A stretch of DNA of 61,621 bases from Anaerolineales bacterium UBA1429 (GTDB lineage: Bacteria; Chloroflexota; Anaerolineae; UBA1429): positions 183,917 through 245,537 of the forward strand of contig DCTX01000026.1 of assembly GCA_002329325.1 (NCBI GenBank). The letters run 5' to 3'. The position numbers and the translations under genes are program-made. The notes under the pieces were generated by a model. That model did not search any database. It was given only the letters and a program-made list of their open reading frames with translations, and had not been told where the DNA came from. Below are positions 54,487 through 61,621 of this stretch, one piece after another; the stretch's first letter is position 1; the number at the start of each line of letters is the position of its first letter.

Positions 54487-55872
54487 TCACTCCTCCGGCG
54501 ACGCCTCTGCCTGCCCTCGGCTGAGCGACGCCGCCACAGCCAGGGCGCAGAGCACCGACGAGATGGTAAAGGCGATGCGCATGCTCTGCACGAACTGGGG
54601 GTGGTTGGAGGGGGTGATCTGCACCTGCCCCATGAACAACCCGAACAGAATCATGACCACGCCCATGCCGAACATCTGCCCAAGGGTGCGCATGGTGGCC
54701 ACCACACCCGAGGCCACCCCATAGTAGCGGCGGCGCACCGACCCCATGATGGCGCTGGTGTTGGGCGAGGAGAACAGCGCAAACCCAAAACCCAACACCA
54801 GCAGGCAGGAGACGATATAGCCCATGCCGGTGTGCAGGTTCAGTTGGGTGAGCATGATGAGCCCCACCATAGTAAAGCCCATGCCCAGGCTGGCAACCCA
54901 GCGCACCTCCACGCGGTCCGAGATCCAACCCGCCACGGGCGAAAAGACCGCCTGCATGAGCGGCTGCGCCACCAGCACCGCCCCCGCCTCTCGCGGGCTC
55001 AGGGCCTTGATGTACTGCAGGTACAGGCTGAGCAAGAAGGTGATCGATATGGTGGCGGCATAGTTGATCAGGGCGGCCAGGCTGGCCAGGGTAAAGACCC
55101 GGCTCTCGCGAAAGAGCTGCAGCTCTAGCATGGGGGCGGGGATGCGCGCCTGTCGCCAGAGGAACGCGGCTCCGGCGACGGCCCCCACCACGATCAACCC
55201 GACGCCGCCCAGGTCCGGCAACCGAGAGAAGCCGATCATGAGCGCCACCACGCTAACGCCATAGACCGCCGAGCCCAACAGGTCAAAGGGCTCGCCCGGC
55301 GAATCGGCCCACTCGCCCTTGACCTTCCAGAGGGTGAACGCCAGGGTGAGCAAAGCCAACGGCACATTGGCCCAGAACACGCTCCGCCAGCCCAGCGCCT
55401 CGACCATGGTTCCGCCCAGATAGGGGCCCACCGAGAGCCCGATGTACACGGCGGCCACGTTGATGCCCAGGACGCGCCCCCGTTGCTGGGCGGGGTAGAT
55501 GGAGGTGAGGATGGCGGTGCTGGTGGCAAAGATCAGGGCCGCCCCGATGCCCTGAAACACGCGGCTGCTCAGGAGCGTCGCCGCCGAGCTCACCAGGGCG
55601 CACAGGGCCGAGCCGATGGTGTACAGGATAACGCCGATGACGAACAGCCGCTTGCGCCCATAGATGTCGGCCAGTTTGCCAAAGGGCAGCAAGAAGACGC
55701 CGGTGGACAGGCTATAGGCGGTGGTCACCCAGCTCTGGGCGGTGGCGCTGAGGGCCAGCTCGCGGCCGATGGCAGGCAGACCGATGTTGACGCCAGAGAT
55801 CATAAAGGGCGTGGAGAAGGAGATCATGGTGACGGCGATGAGGGCGGCGCGTCGGCCAGCAGTATCGTCCAT
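54487..55872 (-). CDS. MFS transporter (DHA2/EmrB-like, 14-TM drug:H+ antiporter type)
   Basis: 461 aa. Motif: LPFGKLADIYGRKRLF. CAGGAG lies upstream. Confidence 0.85.
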   Translation of the reverse strand: MDDTAGRRAALIAVTMISFSTPFMISGVNIGLPAIGRELALSATAQSWVTTAYSLSTGVFLLPFGKLADIYGRKRLFVIGVILYTIGSALCALVSSAATLLSSRVFQGIGAALIFATSTAILTSIYPAQQRGRVLGINVAAVYIGLSVGPYLGGTMVEALGWRSVFWANVPLALLTLAFTLWKVKGEWADSPGEPFDLLGSAVYGVSVVALMIGFSRLPDLGGVGLIVVGAVAGAAFLWRQARIPAPMLELQLFRESRVFTLASLAALINYAATISITFLLSLYLQYIKALSPREAGAVLVAQPLMQAVFSPVAGWISDRVEVRWVASLGMGFTMVGLIMLTQLNLHTGMGYIVSCLLVLGFGFALFSSPNTSAIMGSVRRRYYGVASGVVATMRTLGQMFGMGVVMILFGLFMGQVQITPSNHPQFVQSMRIAFTISSVLCALAVAASLSRGQAEASPEE

Positions 55873-55910
55873 GCAGGGGCTCCTGTGCGCAGAATGGTTG
55901 ACAGTGTCCT

Positions 55911-55939
55911 ACTGTAGCGCAGGCGTCCGGCTCGGTCAA
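55911..55939 (-). promoter_or_regulatory. Putative promoter of the MFS gene, with an ACAGT-N5-ACTGT dyad over the -10
   Basis: The minus strand reads TTGACC (55934-55939), a 17-nt spacer, then TACAGT (55911-55916). The dyad is acagtgtcctactgt at 55901-55915. Confidence 0.4.
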
Positions 55940-56071
55940 ACAAAGGCGAGGCCAGGATCCAGCGCTTGCCCAGGGCGTTTCCAGGTCCGTGTCATGCGTA
56001 TCTGGCTCGCCGACCGGGCGCGTTCGCCGCTCTGGGCGAGAAACACGATCGTCTACGCACCAGAAGGTAGT

Positions 56072-56092
56072 GGGCGAAGCTCGTCTTCGCCC
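56072..56092. repeat. REP-like palindromic unit GGGCGAAG-CTCGT-CTTCGCCC
   Basis: This 21-mer is identical to 58936-58956. It lies 170 nt upstream of the CehA-like gene. Confidence 0.6.
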
Positions 56093-56261
56093 TTGGCGGC
56101 CGCGATTTGCCATTGGCGCCCTGCCATGAGGTCGCCCTTGGCATCGCCCCGGGGCGCTTGCCCAGCTCCGTTGCGCGGCCCCTCGGTAGCGGCTATCATG
56201 GTCTTGCCCGGAGCATGCGGAACATGGCAACCCAGGCATTGCGGCCTGGAGGGAGGATGTT

Positions 56262-58814
56262 ATGGAGCGCAAGGATGGACCGTTCAGCAGCCGATTCCGG
56301 CCGATCCCCTTCGATAGCGGCACCCCCTGGGAGGCGCTGCAACAGGCCCCCCTCTCCGAGAGGCTGCGCGCCGCGCTGGCCCACGCGCCGCGTGACCTGG
56401 CCGTGGGCTGGGGCATCCCCTTCGAGATCCGCGAGCCGCTGCTGGTGGCCGACCACCCCATCGAGGTCGCCCTGCCCGCCGTGCGGGGGCGCTGGCTCGT
56501 CTTTATGCACACGTCGGACCTGCTCCCGCAGCCCCAGGATGCCCACGGCCTGATCTCGCCCATGCGAGGCGAGGGCCAGCTGGGCCAGGTCGCGGCCCGC
56601 TACGTCATGCGCTACGCCGATGGCACCCAGTCCATCGCCCCCATCCGCCGCCGGTTTGAGGTGGGCGCCTTTCAGCGCATCTGGGGCGAGAATTGCTTCG
56701 CCGCCGTGGCCGACCGCAAGCCCCACCCCCTGCGCCTGGAGCAGGACCAGGCCCCGCCGCCCTGGGGAAACCGCCAGACCAGGGCCGAGCTGCATGATCA
56801 GGATGAGTGGGTCAACTGGCTGTGGGCCTGGGAGAACCCCTATCCCGACAAGGTCTTGGCCTCCATCCGCCTGGAGCCGGTGGCGGGCGCCTTGTTGGTG
56901 ATGGCCCTGGCCGCCGGCGATGTGGAGGCCCAGCCCCTGCGCTGGGAACCTCGGCGCAAGGCCCTTCTCACCCTGCCCCAGGGGGTCGCCTTCCAGCCTG
57001 ACCTGGATTGCCACGGCCTCCTCGCCCAGATCCAGCTCGATATGGGGCAGGTGATCTCGGCCCAGCCCCGCTCCCTCTACCCTGATCGCAACTGGGAGGA
57101 CAGCTATAACAATCAGGTGCCTACGTCGGCCCCTGACCAGGTGCTGATCGAGTATACGGCCCACCCGGAGGCCACCTTCCATCTGCGGGATGGCGCTTTG
57201 GTGCCCGTCTCGCAGGTGCAGGCGGGGCAGGGGCCGAGCCCCCTCGTGCCCGTGGCGCGGGCCACCCAGCAGGTGACGCTGCGGGCCGTCGAGGCGGCGG
57301 GCGGCAGGCCGGTGCCCGTCAAGCTGCACGTCCACGGCGAGGCAGGCGAGTACCTGGCCCCCGTGGACCGCCACCGCATCCCCAACCCCTTCTGGTTCGA
57401 GGATTACTCGGTGGATTTCGCCCATCAGGGCCAGCACTACTGCAGCTATATCTCCGGCGAGACCACCCTCAACCTGCCCCTGGGGCGCGTGTACATCGAG
57501 ATCGCCAAGGGCTTTGAGATCAAGCCGCTGCGCCTGGTCGTCGAGGTGACTCCCGAGACGGAGGAGATCGTCATCGAGCTGGAGAAGGTGCTGCCCTGGC
57601 GCGAGCGCGGCTGGGTCAGCGCCGATACCCACGTCCACTTTCTCTCGCCCATGTCAGCCCTGCTGGAGGGCGCTGCCGAGGGGGTCAACGTGGTCAACCT
57701 GCTGGCCAGCCAGTGGGGTGAGCTGATGACCAACGTGGGCGATTTCGACGGCCGCACCACCTGGGGCTCTCGCGAGGCGGGCGGCGACGGCGAGCACCTG
57801 GTGCGGGTGGGCACCGAGAACCGCCAGCACGTGCTGGGCCACATCTCGCTGCTGGGCTATAGCGGGCGCATCATCGCGCCCATGACCACCGGCGGCCCCG
57901 AGGAATCCGCCCTGGGCGATCCCATCGAGATCCTGCTGACCGAGTGGGCCCGCCAGGTGCACCGCCAGGGCGGCCTGGCGATCCTGCCCCACTTCCCCAA
58001 CCCCCGGGCCGAGCACGCCGCCAGCATCGTCGAGGGCGAGATCGACGGCCTGGAGATGACCTCCTGGGGCGACCTGTACAGCGGCATCAGCCCCTACTCC
58101 CTCTCGGACTGGTACCGTTACCTGAACAACGGCTATCTGGTGCCCGCCGTGGGCGGCACCGACAAGATGTCCGCCGAAACCGCCGTGGGCACGGTGCGCA
58201 CCTATGCCCACATCCCCGCCGACCGGCCCTTTACCTACGCCGAGTGGATGGAGGCCATCCGTCGCGCCTGCACCTTTGTAACCTACGGGCCGCTGGTGGA
58301 TTTCCGCGTGGATGGCCAGCCCATGGGCGGGCGCATCCGGATGAGCCCCCGCGGCGGCACCGTCGAGATCGCCTGGGAGGCCGCCAGCGTGACGGTGCCC
58401 ATGTCTCGCGCCGAGCTGGTGGTGAACGGCGAGGTCCGCGAGTCCGTCGCCATCGACCCCTGGCAGGCGTCGGGGAGCTGGTCGTTGCCGGTGGAGCGCA
58501 GCAGCTGGGCGGCGCTGCTGATCCGGGGCCACTACCCCGACAAGCCCGAGATCGTGGCGGCCCACACGACGCCGGTGATGATCGAGCTGGAGGGCTCGCC
58601 CTTTTACGCCGCCGCCGACGCGGTGACGATCCTGGAGCAGATCGAGGGCGCCCTGGCCTACCTGGATACGGTGGGCACCCGCGCCGAGGCCCGCGCCTAC
58701 AAGCGCATGCGCCTGGTGCTGGAGGCGGCCCATCGGCGCCTGCACAACCGCATGCACGCGCAGGGCCACTTTCACGAGCACACGCCGGGGGAGGACCATA
58801 AGGAGCATCACTAG
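56262..58814 (+). CDS. CehA/McbA-type (PHP-fold) metallohydrolase with a ~430-aa N-terminal region of unknown function and a His-rich C-terminal tail
   Basis: GGAGGGAGG lies upstream. The PHP-type motif GWVSADTHVHF is mid-protein. The tail is HNRMHAQGHFHEHTPGEDHKEHH. Confidence 0.7.
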   Translation: MERKDGPFSSRFRPIPFDSGTPWEALQQAPLSERLRAALAHAPRDLAVGWGIPFEIREPLLVADHPIEVALPAVRGRWLVFMHTSDLLPQPQDAHGLISPMRGEGQLGQVAARYVMRYADGTQSIAPIRRRFEVGAFQRIWGENCFAAVADRKPHPLRLEQDQAPPPWGNRQTRAELHDQDEWVNWLWAWENPYPDKVLASIRLEPVAGALLVMALAAGDVEAQPLRWEPRRKALLTLPQGVAFQPDLDCHGLLAQIQLDMGQVISAQPRSLYPDRNWEDSYNNQVPTSAPDQVLIEYTAHPEATFHLRDGALVPVSQVQAGQGPSPLVPVARATQQVTLRAVEAAGGRPVPVKLHVHGEAGEYLAPVDRHRIPNPFWFEDYSVDFAHQGQHYCSYISGETTLNLPLGRVYIEIAKGFEIKPLRLVVEVTPETEEIVIELEKVLPWRERGWVSADTHVHFLSPMSALLEGAAEGVNVVNLLASQWGELMTNVGDFDGRTTWGSREAGGDGEHLVRVGTENRQHVLGHISLLGYSGRIIAPMTTGGPEESALGDPIEILLTEWARQVHRQGGLAILPHFPNPRAEHAASIVEGEIDGLEMTSWGDLYSGISPYSLSDWYRYLNNGYLVPAVGGTDKMSAETAVGTVRTYAHIPADRPFTYAEWMEAIRRACTFVTYGPLVDFRVDGQPMGGRIRMSPRGGTVEIAWEAASVTVPMSRAELVVNGEVRESVAIDPWQASGSWSLPVERSSWAALLIRGHYPDKPEIVAAHTTPVMIELEGSPFYAAADAVTILEQIEGALAYLDTVGTRAEARAYKRMRLVLEAAHRRLHNRMHAQGHFHEHTPGEDHKEHH

Positions 58815-58825
58815 GAGAAGGGGGA

Positions 58826-58956
58826 GGCGAACACGGCGCATACATGCGCAGTTCGCCCCACCGGACTGTGTGCCCGCTAGGGGCGAACACGAGGTTCGCC
58901 CCTACGATGAAGCACAGTGAACAGCAAACAAGTAGGGGCGAAGCTCGTCTTCGCCC
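58826..58956. repeat. Cluster of three REP-like hairpins sharing a GGGGCGAA / TTCGCCCC core
   Basis: Unit A: ggcgaac (58826-58832) / gttcgcc (58851-58857), with an inner gcgca/tgcgc pairing. Unit B: taggggcgaac (58878-58888), loop acgag, gttcgccccta (58894-58904). Unit C: gggcgaag (58936-58943), loop ctcgt, cttcgccc (58949-58956). The loop of B is the reverse complement of the loop of C. Confidence 0.6.
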
Positions 58957-58979
58957 ACCTTCTCACGTTCCCACTTCCC

Positions 58980-59008
58980 TTGACAACGCTGTCCTTCCGC
59001 GTAACAAT
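58980..59008 (+). promoter_or_regulatory. Putative promoter of the 2-hydroxyacid dehydrogenase gene
   Basis: TTGACA (58980-58985), a 16/17-nt spacer, then TAACAAT (59002-59008). Confidence 0.45.
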
Positions 59009-59055
59009 ACGCCCGTGCCTGAGGTTCCGACATCATTTGCGAGGGAGAGGGGCAG

Positions 59056-60018
59056 ATGAAAGCACTCATTGGGGCCAACAACATGGGCCTGGAGACCTAT
59101 CTGGACGAACTCCGCGCCGAGTTCCCCGAGGTCGAGTTCGCCTATTGCGCCGAGCGCGAGCGCACCGGCGAAGTGATCGGCGATGCGGATGTCTACATGG
59201 GCTGGCTCAACCGCGACATCTTTTTGGCGGCCAAGCAGCTCAAGTGGATCCAGTCGCCCAGCTCGGGCGCCAACTACTATCTCGCCATCCCTGAGCTGGT
59301 GGCCAGCGACGTGCTGCTCACCAGCGCCGTGGGCACCCATAGCGCCTGCCTGGCCGAGAGCGTATTCGCCATGCTGCTGGCCTTCACCCGCGGCATCCGC
59401 CAGTTCGTCCTTCGTCAGCAAAAGCACGAGTGGTCGCTGCGCGAGCTGCGCAACACGCTGGTCGAGCTCACCGGCAGCACCATCGGCCTGATCGGCTTTG
59501 GCTCTGTGGGCCGCGCCACCGCCGTGCGCGCCGCCGCTTTCGGCATGCGCATCCTGGCCGTGGACGCCTACCCCGGCGCCAAGCCCGATCACGTCGAGGC
59601 CCTCTGGGACCTGAGCGGCCTGGATACCCTGCTCTCTCAATCCGACGTAGTCCTGGTATCGGTGCCCTATACGCCCCAGTCCGACCACATGATCGGGCCG
59701 GAGCAGATCGCCAAGATGAAGCCGGGCAGCTACTTGATCGGCATCTCGCGGGGCAAGATCATCGACGAGGACGCCCTGGTGGCGGCCCTGCGCAGCGGCC
59801 AACTGGCAGGCGCCGCGCTGGACGTCTTTGCCCAGGAGCCCCTGCCCGCCGATAGCGAGCTGTGGGACGTGGAGAACCTGCTGATCACCCCCCACGCCGC
59901 CGGCGGCACCCAGTACGAGGGCCAGCACGTCATGTCTATCTTTCGCGAGAACCTGCGCAAGCTGATCGACAACGACCTGCCGCTGCGCAACCAGGTGAAC
60001 AAGCAACTCGGCTGGTAG
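59056..60018 (+). CDS. D-isomer-specific 2-hydroxyacid dehydrogenase (NAD-binding)
   Basis: Motifs: GSTIGLIGFGSVGRA, GISRGKIIDEDAL, AALDVF and TPHAAG. Confidence 0.85.
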   Translation: MKALIGANNMGLETYLDELRAEFPEVEFAYCAERERTGEVIGDADVYMGWLNRDIFLAAKQLKWIQSPSSGANYYLAIPELVASDVLLTSAVGTHSACLAESVFAMLLAFTRGIRQFVLRQQKHEWSLRELRNTLVELTGSTIGLIGFGSVGRATAVRAAAFGMRILAVDAYPGAKPDHVEALWDLSGLDTLLSQSDVVLVSVPYTPQSDHMIGPEQIAKMKPGSYLIGISRGKIIDEDALVAALRSGQLAGAALDVFAQEPLPADSELWDVENLLITPHAAGGTQYEGQHVMSIFRENLRKLIDNDLPLRNQVNKQLGW

Positions 60019-60096
60019 CCGCGTCGCGATAGCCTACGGGGGCGCCCCATCGAGAGCGCCCCCGTTTCCTATGGCCCGCGGCGGTGGGTGGCGTGG

Positions 60097-61494
60097 CTAG
60101 GCGGCCCCCCGGCCGTGGCGCCGCACCGCCTCCTCCAGCAGGGTCAACAACTCCCGGTTGCTGGGGATCAGCGAGGAGAAGGCCAGCTCGCCGTTCACCA
60201 CGATGCAGGGCAGGTTCACGATGCCCATGGCCTTCATGCGAGCGATGTTCTCGCGCACCGTGGCCTTGTACTCGACCATCTCCACCCGCCCGCCCATCTC
60301 AGCCACGGCGCGCTGGGCCGCCCCCAGCATATAGCCGCAGGCCGCGCAGGTGTCCGAATCCAGGGTGAACACCTCCACCAGCGGGCGCTCCAGGTGGGGG
60401 TAATCGGGCAGCTCGACATCCAGGGCCAGGTCCGGCGCCTGATAGTGGGCCAGCAGCTCGCGATAGCGCGCCGGATCGCGCACCGCCTGGGCGATGCCGA
60501 TGACGTTCTCCGCCGGCGTGTCATAGGGCATATCGCAGCCGGGGGCCAGCACCAGGTTGTGGGGCTCCACCGTCGCCAGCATGTCCACCACCCACTTGAT
60601 GTTATCCTGCTGGGCGCCCAGCAGCATCACCGTCGTGAGGGGGATGTTGCCGCCGATGGTGATGTCGTAGCGGTCGGTGATCTGCTTGGCGCCGGGCAGG
60701 TGGATGTTCTCGTCCACAAAGATCGAATCAGGCGCCGTGCGGCACATGGCCTCCACATTCTTGGTGGCGTCGCCGCACACGAACAGCGAGGAGAGCGCCC
60801 CCTGCTGCTGCACGTGAGCAAAGAGCCCGCGGAACGGCTCGTGCAGGAACTGGGCAAAGGTGCGGGGCGAGACCTGGGAGACCAGGGGGTCCACAATCGC
60901 GATCACATCCATGCCCACGGCGATATAGAGGTCCGCCATGCGCCGGGCCACCTGGGCGCAGTAGGCCAGCAAGGCCCGCACATAGGCGGGATCGTCGAAC
61001 ATGTCCATGAACAGCTCGGTGCCCCGCAGGTGCGAGGCCAGGGTCAGCGGCCCGCACACCAGCCCAAAGAGGGCCGTGCGCTCCCCCACCGCCGCCTTCA
61101 TGCGGGCCATCACCTCTAGCACGATGGGCAGGCGGCCCTGGTCGGGCTCGGGCAGGGCGTCGGGGACGCGCCTCTCGGCAGCCAGGGGATGGGTGGCCAC
61201 CGAGGGGGGCGCCTTGTCTGCCCAGGCCAGCTCGCAGCCCAGGATCTCGGCCTCGAGCTGGAGATCGAACACCACGGGCTGCCCGTCGGGATCATAGAGC
61301 TCGTTGGCTCGCAACAGGCTGGCGACCAGCGTGTCGGCATCGGTGAGCAAGGTGTGGGCGTCATGGCCCATGAGCTTGCCCGCGTGCACACCGGCAAAGG
61401 GCACCCAGGGCACCGCCGGGGTAGGCAGGTGGCGCAGGGCATCGAGCAAGAGCGCGCGACCATGGGGCGCGTGGGTATGGGACGATGGCGGCAT
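60097..61494 (-). CDS. URO-D-family (MtaA/CmuA-like) protein fused to a C-terminal thioredoxin-fold CxxC domain
   Basis: Track ORF 60097..61605 trimmed to the ATG at 61494 after GAGGGGGA. The URO-D-like body includes AVPWVPFAGVHAGKLMG, LFGLVCGPLTLASHL and LAPGCDMPYDTP. The C-terminal ~85 aa read VEVFTLDSDTCAACGYM...IVNLPCIVVNGEL (Thioredoxin_3-like). Confidence 0.75.
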   Translation of the reverse strand: MPPSSHTHAPHGRALLLDALRHLPTPAVPWVPFAGVHAGKLMGHDAHTLLTDADTLVASLLRANELYDPDGQPVVFDLQLEAEILGCELAWADKAPPSVATHPLAAERRVPDALPEPDQGRLPIVLEVMARMKAAVGERTALFGLVCGPLTLASHLRGTELFMDMFDDPAYVRALLAYCAQVARRMADLYIAVGMDVIAIVDPLVSQVSPRTFAQFLHEPFRGLFAHVQQQGALSSLFVCGDATKNVEAMCRTAPDSIFVDENIHLPGAKQITDRYDITIGGNIPLTTVMLLGAQQDNIKWVVDMLATVEPHNLVLAPGCDMPYDTPAENVIGIAQAVRDPARYRELLAHYQAPDLALDVELPDYPHLERPLVEVFTLDSDTCAACGYMLGAAQRAVAEMGGRVEMVEYKATVRENIARMKAMGIVNLPCIVVNGELAFSSLIPSNRELLTLLEEAVRRHGRGAA

Positions 61495-61621
61495 GTAGAT
61501 CCCCCTCACTGGCGGCGCCCTGACTGATAGGACAGGGCGCTGCGCCGCAGATTGCAGCGGGCTGATGGTATCACAAGAGGGCGACCGGTCAAGCACGCTT
61601 GTCATTCATCAATGATAATGT

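Overview
This is a 61.6-kb, very GC-rich chromosomal segment. Hand counts on single 60-nt lines range from about 52% GC in one leader to about 82% in typical coding sequence. Genes are densely packed and most have strong GGAGG-type ribosome-binding sites. A T-box leader, SBBP-repeat and YfhO-type proteins and the general gene content suggest a Chloroflexota-like organism; this is inference only. I support about 50 protein-coding genes. I found no rRNA, tRNA, CRISPR array, transposase or integrase. Most long ORFs in the six-frame track are antisense or out-of-frame shadows of the real genes, which is typical of high-GC DNA, and many track ORFs needed 5' trimming to an RBS-preceded start. Housekeeping content includes thrS with a Thr (ACC) T-box, mtaB, glnE, metX-metW and prs. 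Accessory content includes a MerR (NmlR/AdhR-like) regulated aldo-keto reductase/flavodoxin/cupin operon with a textbook 19-bp-spacer promoter containing a perfect 18-bp palindrome. It also includes arsM, a LarA homologue coupled to a GH20 hydrolase, several GNATs and methyltransferases, and an MFS exporter. The most unusual items are listed here. (1) A lower-GC two-gene islet encodes the uncharacterised TcmP / DUF5131 (Gp37/Gp68, C-x6-C-x2-C) pair. (2) An operon pairs a soluble MgtE-N/CBS protein with an NRAMP-family permease that lacks the canonical Asn/Met/His metal ligands; it sits behind a strong promoter, a 27-codon uORF and an intrinsic terminator that match no riboswitch I can recognise. 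(3) A 1347-aa protein fuses a YfhO-type GT-C domain to a Wzx-type flippase. (4) A GlnE carries a GlnD-like ACT pair between its two nucleotidyltransferase halves. (5) An orphan LysW-type zinc-ribbon mini-protein has a long poly-acidic tail. (6) A membrane-anchored HExxH protease operon is translationally coupled to its upstream gene. (7) A URO-D-family enzyme is fused to a CxxC thioredoxin-like domain. (8) A GGGGCGAA...TTCGCCCC hairpin repeat family brackets a PHP/CehA-like gene. All family assignments rest on motif recognition from memory and need HMM or BLAST confirmation.
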